Shown here one piece after another: positions 28,015-40,552 of a DNA stretch of 64,000 nucleotides (its first letter is position 1; every line of letters begins with the position of its first letter). The position numbers were made by a program, and so were the translations under genes. The notes under the pieces are model-generated. The model was not told where the DNA came from, searched no databases, and worked only from the letters and a program-made list of their open reading frames with translations. This DNA is from Octopus vulgaris (lineage: Eukaryota), in assembly GCA_951406725.2 (NCBI GenBank), contig OX597831.1, forward strand, positions 74,710,001 to 74,774,000, read 5' to 3'.

Positions 28015-28570
28015 TAATAATAATAATAATGATAATAATAATAATGCTAATAATAATAACAATAATGACAATGATAATAATAAATGATAATGACAATGTA
28101 GTAATAACAGTAATAATACTAATAAAAACAACAAAGACATTAATACTAATAATATTAATAATAAGAAGAACAATACTGATGTTGTGCATTCTGTTCATTT
28201 ATTTGTAATTACAAGATAATTAGAAAGCCCCCTTCATTGGAAACATTGAATAATTAAAGCGGGATTATTAAAATAAACCTTTTTTTAAAATTTTATTTTA
28301 TTTTTTTGTTACGTAAGATAATTATTCTCAGTCTTTCTCCAAAATTAGCGCCTGGAAGCATATTGTATACGCACATCATATGCACCCACACATACACACA
28401 CACTCTCTCACACACAAGCTCACACACACACATATATATACTCATCTATACTCGCAAATACATATATGTATATGTGTGTTAGTGCATGTGTATGTACATA
28501 TATGCACATATATACACATACATATACACATTTATATGCATACATATATACAAATACCATGTTCTCTGTC

Positions 28571-28644
<74 letters not shown>

Positions 28645-28987
28645 CATACATATACGTATACGTATAAACACATATATTATAAGTTTGTATAAGCATGTGT
28701 ACATACATATATATGTCTGTGTGTTTTGTGTGTGTGTATGCGCGTGTGGGCGTGCGTGTGTGTGTATATACAGGGGGGGGGTTGCGAACGTATGTTCGTG
28801 TCACTCCTCTGGGTACATGAGAAAGGGTTGACAAAAACTGTGAGCAAACAACAAACAAAATGTTTGTGAATAAATAGTAAAATCGCTTTTACCTTTTACC
28901 TTTGTTGAAAGTTCAACGTCTTGAATGGCAACAAGAGAGGAAAGACTTTAACTTTTCGTGCATTTGCCCTTGCTCAGAGGAAGGAGT

Positions 28988-29029
<42 letters not shown>

Positions 29030-29145
29030 GAAGAGAGAAGAGAGCTAAAGGAAGAGAGAGTGAAGTTGATAGAGAGTGAGGGGGAAAGGAAAATAAAAGT
29101 AGAGGAAGAGAGAGAAACGGGCACATTGAGTGAGGCAGAAAGAAT

Positions 29146-29177
<32 letters not shown>

Positions 29178-29685
29178 AAGAGACAGAGAAAGAAAGAAAG
29201 AACTAAAGAAAGAAAGAAAGAAAGAGTGAAACAGATAGGGAGAGAGAAGTAGACAGTATGAGAGACAGAGAGTGGTGTAGAGAGGAGAAGAGAGGGATAC
29301 AGAGAGGAAAAGAAAAAGAGAAAGAGAAAAAATGAGAAAGAGAACGAAAGTGAAAGTGTGAGCGAGAGAAAGAGAAAGAAAGAGAATGAGTGAGAGAGAG
29401 AGGGGAGAAAGAGAGAGAAGGACCGATATACGGAGCCGTTGTCGCTTAAGTCGTAAACTAGCCATTATAGTAATTAAAGTTTGCCGACACTGACCATCAC
29501 CAGTTACCTCTGGTTCTAGATTTTAACGCTTTAGCATTTAAACTGGCCATAAAAGGCCACAATGGTCACCATTTTTATGTTTAACCAGCCAGATCTGGCA
29601 CCTCATACCCACCCTACAATATCATTCTGAAATCTCAAAATTACAAGATAATACACAAGTAATTTAAATTTATCCTTTCTAATAT

Positions 29686-30105
29686 ACTCTCTTTTTCTCT
29701 TTTACTTGTTTCAGTCATTTGACTGCGGCCATGCTGGAGCGCCGCCTTTAGTCGAGCAAATCGACCCCGGGACGTATTCTTTGTAAACCCAGTACTTATT
29801 CTATCGGTCTCTTTTGCCGAACCGCTAAGTGACGGGGATGTAAACACACCAGCATCGGTTGTCAAGCAATGCTAGGGGGACAAACACAGACACACAAACA
29901 TACACACACACGCACACATATATATATACATATACATATATACGACAGGCTTCTTTCAGTTTCCGTCTACCAAATCCACTCACAAGGCATTGGTCGGCCC
30001 CGGGCTATAGCAGAAGACACTTGCCCAAGATGCCACGCAGTGGGACTGAACCCGGAACCATGTGGTTGGTAAACAAGCTACTTACCACACAGCCACTCCT
30101 GCGCC
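29686..30105 (-). mobile_element. SINE family A, full length, with 30-bp flanking direct repeat
   Basis: intact copy; tacacaagtaatttaaatttatcctttcta at 29652-29681 and 30106-30135. Confidence 0.92.
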
Positions 30106-30129
30106 TACACAAGTAATTTAAATTTATCC

Positions 30130-31132
30130 TTTCTAGTATGGGCACGAGGCCTGGTATTGTTTTTCGTGTGTGGGGACAATCGACTCTTTCGACCCCAGTG
30201 TCCGACTGGTACTTAATACAAAATCCCCGAAAAGATTAAAAATACAAAGTCAACCCACCACCATAATCGTTGACTGATAATGGTGGGGGTTTGTTAGGCT
30301 TACTGCATAAATTCTTAAAATAATTCTTCCTAATTTTGAGGGTAGGGGCTAGTCAGTTACATCATCGCCAGTGCTCAGCTGGTACTTATTCTATCAGAGC
30401 CGGAAGAAATACCGTTAAGCATTCTATCCGACTCACTGACGATTCTACCAGCTCGCTACCTTCATATTTTCAAACAATTCTTCCAGCTTTTGGCACTAAG
30501 TGTGAAATGTTGTGGGTGGAGGTTATTCGATTACATCGACCCTAGTGCTCAACTGGTACTTATTTTGCCGGTCTTGCCTTTCACCCTCGATAGGATGAAA
30601 AGCAAAGTCGGTCTCGGCGGTATTTTAGCTCAGAACGCAAAGAATCACAAGAAATGCTGCTCTGCATTCTGCCAGTTCACCACCTGAATGTCTTGGAATA
30701 ATGGTTTTCAAATTTTGGCACAAGACCAGCAATTTTAGGACAGGGTTAAGTCGATTACATTGACCCCACTGTTTACTTGTACTTATTCTATCGATCCACC
30801 CACCCACCCACCCACCCACCAAAGGATGAAACGCAAAATCGACATCGACGGAATTTGAAGTCAGAACGTGAAGTCGGACGAAATACCGCTAAGCATTTTG
30901 TCCGGAATGTTAACTATTCTGCCTGCTTGCCGTCTTGAAATAGTTCCTTCTATTATAGGCACAAGGCCTGAGATTTTTATGAGGAGGGGGCTAGTCGTAC
31001 TTATATTATCGACCCCGAAAATATGAAAGACAAAGTCGACCTCGATGGGATTTGAACTCAGAACGTAAATACGGACGAAATGCCGCTAAGTATTTTGTCC
31101 AGTGTGCCACCGTGTCTGTCAACTCTCCGCCT
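30130..31132 (-). mobile_element. Head-to-tail cluster of about five diverged SINE B copies
   Basis: repeated ggcac(a/g)ag...gtcgattacat.gaccc...gtactta...gcaaagtcg...tcagaacg blocks in one orientation. Confidence 0.75.
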
Positions 31133-32134
31133 TAATTTCTTAATATAACAAAAATAATATGGCCAAGGGTTGAACGCCTTTGATCTGAGTTCTGCTGGAT
31201 CTGGAAGGAACTTAAGCTAATCGATAATTGTAGCAAGAATCAACAGCACGATGTAATAAAGCAAGAAAAGCTAACAACCGTGCTCCAACATGGGCTTAGC
31301 TGTGTATTCACTCAACCTGCTAGCAAAAGCAACCAAATCTAATTTATATCACATGTACAGACGACGTGGTCGCGGTTGGAAAACTTTTGATCATAGGTTT
31401 ACTTATATGAGTTTGGTGTGAAGTTAAACAATGACAGCAACAACAACAGACACAACAAAACCCTCTACGTGGCCGTCCGAGCCACTCCAAATCATACCCA
31501 ACCGCCTAAAAAGTGTTGGGAGGAGGTGAGATGACATTTGCGTTTGATAAAGTTCCCACATCCATCAAAGATGGTAGATCTTCACGATTTCATCTTCCAG
31601 AGGAAGTAATATTGCAGCATGTTGCCATTTCTTTATAGTATGGAAGGCCAATGTGGTTAGAGTTAACGCCAGTATAAGAAACTTGACGGCTGTAAACGTC
31701 ATCCGTGGGTGTTTAGTTTTGTTTGTGACTGGTGTACATTGCTCGTGTGTTGTTTTCTATAAGTAGTGCTTCCATCATTAATCATCTTAGATTGCGGGTA
31801 ATTCTGTATACTGTGGAGGTATTGTTTACTAATGTTTCTCCATCCAATTCTGTTTTGTATCGTGTGATATGAATGAATGAGTTTATTCTATATACAGCAG
31901 ACGTTTTGTTTGCTAACGTTTTCCTATCAAGTTTTCTTTTGTATTCTGTGATGTATTGTATTTTTACGATTGTAGAGTAAAAGAGAAAAACAAGGTTGAT
32001 ATATTTAATAATTTATATCTTTGCGTACATTTCAATGATTATGAAAGACTAATACCGGTAAAACCTACATAAAGATACGAGTTATTAAATAAACTAACTT
32101 TTTTCTCTTGTTATATAACCGTAATATGTAACAT

Positions 32135-32945
32135 GTGAAGAAGCGTGGCTTAGTGTTCTAGGTATTCGGCTCAAGATCGTAAGGTCTCCAGTTCGATACC
32201 TGGTGGTGCGTTTTACACTTGAGTAGCACATTTTATTTCACCTTGCTCCAATCTACCTGTAATAATTAAGGGCAAGCCTTTTCACATTCTGTATCACATT
32301 CTGAGAATTACATTAACCCATTAACTGCCAAATTTTTTAAATCATATTTTTTGGCTTTGCCAGGTGTCTTAGGAGTTAAAATAATATATAGTATTTAAAT
32401 TTTCTTCGTCTGTGAATTATTTTGGAAATTAGGAAAAAAATTTTCAGAATATCCCAAAGGGGGATCGCTGACAAAAAAAACAACAAAAAAGCATAATTAT
32501 CCTTTTCTATTCAATTGCGATAATAAACATTTTAGCCTTTTTGAAACTATAACATCAAAAGCATATGTGTATGAAATATCAATTAATAATATAATAAATG
32601 GGGAATGCAAAAACAAAAAACGTTTTCAAAACAGTCAATAATTTTGTAGGTGAAAGATTGCGATTTATGACATAAAATGTCCTCCAGAATTAGCCAGAGC
32701 TAATAATGACAAACTTTAATTACTAAATATTGTTCAACACATCTCTGCAAATGAAATGTTCATAAGCAAATACACTTTAGATACAATGAAGAACCGGCAG
32801 TGAGGCTACTTTTAGCTGATCCCCAAATGGAGCTCATGGCAGGCAAGGGGTTAAGAGTACGCGTGTTTGCACATTAATCTCTTGAGCAGGCTGTTCCGTT
32901 AATCAAACCAACTGCAACTCTCCTGGCCGTAACCGACGGAATACC
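32135..32945 (+). mobile_element. Degenerate SINE family C split by a MITE
   Basis: head gcgtggcttagtg...agttcgatacc; gagaattacattaa|...|gagtacgcgtg...gagcaggctgttccgtt...gtaaccgacgga matches 34086-34469. Confidence 0.7.
32317..32850. mobile_element. piggyBac-type MITE
   Basis: TTAA on both sides; TIRs cccattaactgcca / tggcaggcaagggg (11 of 14); interrupts SINE C exactly at its ttaa. Confidence 0.8.
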
Positions 32946-33109
32946 CGTTTATAATACCCTAAGTACTTTGCAGTCTGAGCAACTCCGTTATAGGATTATA
33001 CATATAGGATTAAGGATGTATTAACATAGATTCTTTTTCCTGGTGCATATCTTGGAGTCTAAGGGACAGCATGGATTTCTAAATACTTCGTTTATCTTTT
33101 GCCGTTTAC

Positions 33110-33300
33110 CTGTTTCAATAATTAGACTCTGGCCATGCTGGGGCACCGCCTTGAGGAATTCTAGTCGAACGAATCGACTGCAGTAATTTTCCTTTTAAGC
33201 CAGATATTTATTCTAACAATCTTCTTTGCTGAATCGCTAAGTAACACCAACACCGGTTGTCAGGCGATGGTGGAGGACACACACGGACATAAAGACACAC
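33110..33300 (-). mobile_element. SINE family A, degenerate 3' half
   Basis: ggccatgctggggcaccgcc...acaccaacaccggttgtca. Confidence 0.7.
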
Positions 33301-33344
33301 ACATGCACACACACACATACATACACACGCGCATGCGCACACAC

Positions 33345-33375
<31 letters not shown>

Positions 33376-33407
33376 TGTATGTATGTATGTATGTATGTAT
33401 GTATATA

Positions 33408-33615
33408 GTTAAGATTAATCCAAACAAGAAAGCACAAAAAAAATAAATACAACAACGCGAGGACGTGGAACAAATATAGTATTATTGGACGCTCAGGAAA
33501 GAAGGAAAGAAGGAGGGTTTAACGTTTCGAGCGGAGCTCTTCGTCGGAAATATAGGAGAAGGAAAGATCCAAGGAAGGGAAGACAGAGGAAAAAAAATCG
33601 CCAACGGTACACACG
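33408..33615 (-). mobile_element. Family H hammerhead-bearing element
   Basis: reverse complement of 35914-36120; minus-strand ttt-CCGACGA-a-gagc(tcc)gctc-GAAA-cg-TT-aaa at 33518-33550. Confidence 0.75.
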
Positions 33616-33619
33616 CGTT

Positions 33620-33686
<67 letters not shown>

Positions 33687-34085
33687 TTATTAATCCGAGG
33701 GGAGGCAATGTGAGCAGCAACTAAAGGAACATTACAAAATCCACAGAAAGATCAAACACATACACATATTCATATATTCATTTATATCTACAGAACAGAT
33801 ATAAAGTCAGACGTTTAAAAATATAATAATATATAGATATATAAACATCTTATAAAATATATAAATATATAAGAATCAGTGTTGCATATTTAACACATTG
33901 AATTTTCGCTTAAAATCATAAAACATTTGGTAAAAATTTGTTAAATTAAAAATTTGGGGTAATAAAACATACAATGACATATTATAATGACGTATTAAAA
34001 TTCCAGAGAAAAATACAGAAAAGATAAAATATATATACATACACACTGGACCGGTTTCTTTCAGCTTCTGTCTACTGAATCTTCT

Positions 34086-34469
34086 GTGGAGGCGCAATGG
34101 CCCAGTGGTTAGGGCAGCGGACTCGCGGTCATAGGATCGAGGTTTCGATTCCCAGACCGGGCGTTGTGAGTGTTTATTGAGCGAAAACACCTACAGCTCC
34201 ACGAGTCTCCGACAGGGGATGGTGGTGATCCCTGCTGTACTCTTTCACCACAACGTTCTCTCACTCTTACTTCCTGTTTCTGTTGTACCTGTATTTCAAA
34301 AGGCCGGCCTTGTCACTCTCTGTGTCACGCTGAATATCCCCGAGAACTACGTTAAGGGTACACGTGCCTGTGGAGTGCTCAGCCACTTGCACGTTAATTT
34401 CACGAGCAGGCTGTTCCGTTGATTCGGATCAACCGGAACCCTCGTCGTCGTAACCGACGGAGTGCTTCC
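34086..34469 (+). mobile_element. SINE family C, full length, nested in an older SINE A
   Basis: tRNA-like head tggcccagtggttagggc...ggtttcgattccc; 12-bp TSD actgaatcttct; flanks 34050-34085 and 34482-34600 join into family A sequence. Confidence 0.9.
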
Positions 34470-34939
34470 ACTGAATCTTCTCCTCTGGCTTTTGTCGGTT
34501 GGAGGCTATGGAATAAGATATTTGCCCAAGGTGGCATGCAGTGAGACTGAACTTGGAATCGTGTGACTGGGAAGCAAATTTCTTATCTCACAACCGTTAT
34601 GACATGTCGTACAGGAATAAGCCCTGCCCTCGAGCCCTAGACGTCTTTGGGCCTTTTACCCTGTTTCCGTGACAAATGAATGATCCGAGTTCGTAGCAAG
34701 GCAGCTCATTTGCAGCTGAGTGGAAACGTGAAATGAAGTGTTTTGCTCAAGAACACAAAGCGCCACTCGGTTTGGAAATCGAATCGCGATCTTGTAGTAG
34801 TGAGTGGAATATCCTAACCACTACGCCACACGCCTTCGCATATGTCCTTACCAAACTACACACACCTCAACTAATAATTACTCTAGATTGTACCTAATGA
34901 TTGGGTCCGTAAACTAACTAAATAATTTAATTAAATTTA

Positions 34940-35350
34940 CGCAGGAGTGGCTGTGTGGTAAGTAGCTTGCTAACCAACCACATGGTTCCGGGTTCAGTCC
35001 TACTGCGTGGCATCTTGGGCAAGTGTCTTCTGCTATAGCCCGGGCCGACCAATGCCTTGTGGGTGGATTTGGTAGACGGAAACTGAAAGAAGCCTGTCGT
35101 ATATATGTATATATATATATATATGTATGTGTGTGTATGTGTTTGTGTGTCTGTGTTTGTCCCCCTAGCATTGCTTGACAACCGATGCTGGTGTGTTTAC
35201 GTCCCCGTCACTTAGCGGTTCGGCAAAAGAGACCGATAGAATAAGTACTGGGCTTACAAAAGAATAAGTTCCGGGGTCGAGTTGCTCGATTAAAGGCGGT
35301 GCTCCAGCATGGCCGCAGTCAAATGACTGAAACAAGTAAAAAAAAAAGAG
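34940..35350 (+). mobile_element. SINE family A, full length
   Basis: near identical to 6230-6648. Confidence 0.9.
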
Positions 35351-35610
35351 AAAGATTTGTACGATGATGGTGATTGAACCGTTAGCGGCGGTCTCCAGTC
35401 GACCTGTATTTACTGCCGTGGCAAGCAAAATACGGACGAGGTCTTTTTCCTAATAAACATGACATCTTTACGACGATCTCATGTCTCGTAAATCTCGTTT
35501 ATTTATTCACGAAGGCAGCGAGAACTGAAGTCTTTCGGTGTAACACAAAATAATCTTTGGTATGAAAAATAAATACTGCTGGCATATCAGTAACACACCC
35601 ATGCACACTT

Positions 35611-35654
<44 letters not shown>

Positions 35655-35685
35655 ACACATGTATATATATATATATATATATATA

Positions 35686-36119
35686 CATTTCAAAATGTAA
35701 CCACATGTGAATCGTTGGCGATTTTTATCCTCCGTCTTCCTATTCTTTTGAACTTTCCTCTGTCTCCTGTTTCTGAAGAAGAGCTCTGCTCCAAACATAA
35801 AACCACCTTCCTTTCCTTCCTTCAGTGTCTGCCAATACTTTACATCTACCACGTCCTCGTGTTGTTGATTTCTTTGTGTTTGATCTTCGTTTTGGGGATT
35901 TACTATATATATAGTAAATGTGACCTCGTGTGTACCGTTGGCGATTTTTTTCCTTTGTCTTCCCTTCTCTAGATCTTTCCTTCTCCTATGTTTCCGACGA
36001 AGAGCTCCGCTTGAAAAGTTAAACCCTCCTTCCCTTCTTTCCTGAGCGTCCAATAATACTATATTTGTTCCACGTCCTCGCGTTGTTGTGTTTTTTTGTG
36101 CTTTCTTGTTTGGATTAAC

Positions 36120-36120
<1 letters not shown>
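35686..36120 (+). mobile_element. Two tandem family H hammerhead-bearing elements
   Basis: units 35686-35903 and 35914-36120, each ending ggatt(t/a)ac(TA)n; motifs gttt-CTGAAGA-a-gagc(tct)gctc-CAAA-ca-TA-aaac (35769-35803) and gttt-CCGACGA-a-gagc(tcc)gctt-GAAA-ag-TT-aaac (35990-36024). Confidence 0.75.
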
Positions 36121-36198
<78 letters not shown>

Positions 36199-36544
36199 CA
36201 CACACACACACAGGTACCACATGTATATACATTAAATTGGCAGATTTATAAAATATGTCATGTATCTGCAAGCAATCTTCCAGGTTCGGTTCCTAACGTT
36301 AGATGTATTTTCAAAATAACCAGGACGCTGTTCTATGAGAAAGCATGAGAAAAAACAAATACGAGAAGAAAAAAAGGTCACGAAGAAGGTTCATGCAAAA
36401 AGTGGAACAAGAAGGAAGAAAATTAAGGAAAGCACATGACACTATTAGTAGCTCATTTGTAATTGTGCATTTTAAATGATATTTGTCTCTCACTGGGTGG
36501 AGCACATTTTTGTTGATCCTGCCAATAATGGAACTATACATACA

Positions 36545-36578
<34 letters not shown>

Positions 36579-36650
36579 CATACATACATACATACATACA
36601 TATATCCATAAAAGTATATATATATAAATGATCTAATAAACTTATGTGTT

Positions 36651-36879
36651 TATGTGTTACTATTAGTTTCATGCGATGAGAGCATGCCGGGCAGTATTTT
36701 TTTATCATGTCTGGTGTCCTAGCAAAATCTTCAGGCACTGCCCACATGGCATAGCGAATTGAAAATGGGGTGATAGGATGAAAGAAAAGCGAGAAAAGGC
36801 GAGAAAAAAAAGTACACCAAACGTGTTAAAAAATACTGCCTGGCATGGTCTCATCACATGAAACTAATAATGGCACATA
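36651..36879. mobile_element. MITE/foldback element with ~50-bp TIRs, superfamily unassigned
   Basis: tattagtttcatgcgatgagagcatgccgggcagtattttt vs aaaaatactgcctggcatggtctcatcacatgaaactaata. Confidence 0.7.
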
Positions 36880-36941
36880 GCATATGTGGTGTTGCGTAAA
36901 TAATATTAATCTCTCGCCAGATGGAATAATTATTTGTTGAT

Positions 36942-36986
<45 letters not shown>

Positions 36987-37280
36987 TATTCACACAGGTA
37001 TACAAGTATACTTAGGAAACATTTTCAGTCCCCATACTTCTTTCAAATTTTGGCACGAGGCCAGCAGTTTGAGGGGAAGGGTTAGTCTATACAAGCAGCT
37101 TGGAACTTCACTAAGCTGGTTGGAAGGTAAAAATTGGTCTCTGCAGGAATTGAACGTAAGTAGAGGTAATAAATACCGTAAGGCACTTTCCCGCCATGAC
37201 GCTCCAACGATTCTGCCACCTCAGCGCCATATTTTCTGAACATATAATAACAACTGAACCAAAACAAAATCTTTGTAACA

Positions 37281-37320
<40 letters not shown>

Positions 37321-37459
37321 AACAAACACATACACACACACAAGTGCGCACTCACGTGCGCGTGCACTTCTTTCGTAAATAACTAAATAAATAACGAAGG
37401 AAAAAGACGAGTAAGCAAGAATCAACTAAAGTTAACATTTATAAGAGAAACGAAAACGA

Positions 37460-38770
37460 ATAACAATACCAACAATAATAATAACAACAACACCAATAAT
37501 AATAACAACAACAATAATAATAACACAGCAACAACAATAATAATAACAACAACAACAATAATAATAATAACAACAACAATAATAAGAACAACAACAACAA
37601 CAATAATAATAATAACAACAATAATAATAATAACAACAACAACAATAATAATAACAACAACAACAATAATAATAACAACAACAACAATAATGATAATAAC
37701 AACAACAACAATAATAATAACAGCAACAACAATAATAACAACAACAACAACAACGATAATAATAACAAGAATAATAATAACAACAACAACAATAATAACA
37801 ACAACAACAATAATAATAACAACAACACCAATAATAACAACAACAACAATAATAATAACAACAACAACAATAATAATAATAACAACAACAACAATAATAA
37901 TAATAACAACAACAATAATAATAATAACAACAACAACAATAATAATAATAACAACAACAACAATAATAATAACAGCAACAACAATAATAACAACAACAAC
38001 AACGATAATAATAACAACAACAACAACGATAATAATAACAACAAGAATAATAATAACAACAACAACAATAATAATAACAACAACAAGAATAATAATAACA
38101 ACAACAACAATAATAATAATAACAACAACAACAATAATAATAACAGCAACAACAATAATAACAACAACAACAACGATAATAATAACAAGAATAATAATAA
38201 CAACAACAATAATAATAACAACAACAACAATAATAACAACAACAACAACAACGATAATAATAACAACAAGAATAATAATAACAACAACAACAATAATAAC
38301 AACAACAACAACAACAACATCAACAACAATAATAATAATAACAACAACAATAATAACAACAATAATAAAAACAAAAACAACAACAATAATAATAATAATA
38401 ACAACAACAACAATAATAACAACAACAACAACAATAATAATAATAACAACAACAATAATAATAATAACAACAACAATAATAATAATAACAACAACAATAA
38501 TAATAACAACAACAACAATAATAACAACAACAACAACAATAATAATAATAACAACAACAATAATAATAACAACAACAACAAAAATAATAACAACAACAAC
38601 AATAGTAATAGCAACAATAATAATAACAACAACAACAATAACAACAACAACAACAGAAATAATAATAATAACAACAACAACAGCAACAATAACAACAACA
38701 ACAATAACAACAACAACAATAATAATAATAATAATAACAACAACAACAACAACAACAGCAACAATAACAC
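37460..38770. repeat. 1.3-kb patterned (AAC)n(AAT)n microsatellite
   Basis: direct inspection; source of the 497-, 470- and 365-aa pseudo-ORFs. Confidence 0.95.
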
Positions 38771-39079
38771 AACTGAAAGACTCATGAATTTTGTGTAGAT
38801 ATGAATGATGTAATTGTGCAAGCAATGCATAAAAATGTGCACTGGATGCATATTTAAATATCGGTGAATGTTGACGTCGAAGCAGGGACTTGGCAGAATT
38901 GAATTTGGTCAGCAATTATAAAGAAGAGCAAACCGAAAGAATTTATGCAAATTTGCTGGGTCTTGGGGGGGGGTGGAGGGGGAGGCGTGAAGGGTTTTTT
39001 TCATGATTTGTATTTATGCAAGAAATTTTTCTTTATTTTTTTCAATTTTTCAGTTTTATCATCATCATCATCATCATCG

Positions 39080-39143
<64 letters not shown>

Positions 39144-39151
39144 CATTATTA

Positions 39152-39185
<34 letters not shown>

Positions 39186-39206
39186 CATTATTATTATTAT
39201 TATTAC

Positions 39207-39260
<54 letters not shown>

Positions 39261-39388
39261 GTTATGTCAAATTACTTTATATCGTCTTTTGTTTTTATTT
39301 AATACATTTTTTATACCATTTTCTTTTATATTATTTTGTGTGGTCTTTACATATACATATGCGTGTATGTTTGTATCTCTCTCTCTCA

Positions 39389-39443
<55 letters not shown>

Positions 39444-39642
39444 CATATGTATGTGTGTGTATATATACACATACATATATATGTATGTATAGTACAGTAT
39501 AGTGTTGTTATACTGTAGTACGGCGTAGTATAGTGTAAGGTAGATAGATATAAAATGTTGAGAATGTCAGAATCTGAAAATTCAATTAAAAGTAATTGTT
39601 TCTATCGTAAAGTAATAACGAAGTTGAAGATTTCTGAAAGAA

Positions 39643-39696
<54 letters not shown>

Positions 39697-39821
39697 CAAC
39701 ACAAACAGCAGCAACAGCGGCAGCGGTGGTGAAGGCGGCGGTGGTGGCAGTTCTGGCGATCGTAGTGGTAGTGGTGGTGGTGGTGGTGGTGGTGGTTGGT
39801 AAAACTAACAACGTTATGTCT

Positions 39822-39857
<36 letters not shown>

Positions 39858-40162
39858 TGCGCGCGCATGTGTGTGTATGATTTAATATAACTAAGTCAAA
39901 ACTCCTTTAGGCAATTTACAACGTAATAAACCTGACACAGCTCCAAACGGGAATCGAAACCGGCTTTTTTTAGGTATTTTTTGTTCATCTTGCTGAATAT
40001 TTAGCGATGCTTTAATTCAATTGTACTCTGGAACTCTGAAGAAGGGCGGCTGGTTAGCAAAAATGTACCAAATGACGGCGAAATGACGAAAAACGAAATT
40101 ATAGAACGTGTTGTAGTTTAAATACAGGTTGTTCATAAATTATGTTTAAGACTTCCATAATA

Positions 40163-40272
40163 GAGGCGCACACATGGCTGAGTGGTAAGAAGCTTGCTTT
40201 TCAACCACATAGTTCTGGGTTCAGTCCTACTGTGTGGCACCTTGTTCGGCAAGTGTCCTCTACCATAGCCTC
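40163..40272 (+). mobile_element. SINE family A head only
   Basis: ggcgca..catggctgagtggtaagaagcttgc...gggttcagtcct...ggcaagtgtc. Confidence 0.7.
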
Positions 40273-40296
40273 GTGGAATATTTATTCCTCCTGGCC

Positions 40297-40404
40297 TCCT
40301 TGCCGATGAGACGAGCCAGTGGTAGATTGACTTGATTAAATTTAATTTAATTTAATTAGGCTGCTTTGCCAAAAAGTACGTCGAAACAATGCATTGTCCA
40401 AGGA
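40297..40404 (+). ncRNA. Type I hammerhead ribozyme motif with CCGAUGA core variant and long stem II
   Basis: tccttg-CCGATGA-gacg...cgtc-GAAA-caatgcattg-TC-caagga; 6-bp stem I, palindromic stem III, extension tggtaga/tttgcca and cttgattaaatt/aatttaattagg. Confidence 0.8.
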
Positions 40405-40552
40405 TGATTAGTGTAAATGTTTTTAATTTTCCTTTGATTTCTGAATTACTACTATTTAGCGGTTTGAGTTTGGCTGCTCTTTCTGGTGAGTCGAATGGCC
40501 TATCAGGGCCATTCCTTAATATTGTTGAAATTATACATACATATATATATAT

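Noticed and set aside
29859-30116. Recurrent small ORF MSSNARGTNTDTQT...
   Set aside because: Antisense or alternative-frame translation of SINE A, found in most copies with microsatellite-driven length changes
34086-34165. tRNA-like sequence
   Set aside because: SINE head continuous with the SINE body and bounded by a TSD; no proper acceptor stem or terminator
37422-38915. 497-, 470- and 365-aa ORFs
   Set aside because: Pure translations of an AAC/AAT microsatellite, open in several frames, with no domain content
40036-40090. CTGAAGA...GAAA
   Set aside because: Intervening sequence does not form stem II; no stem I or III
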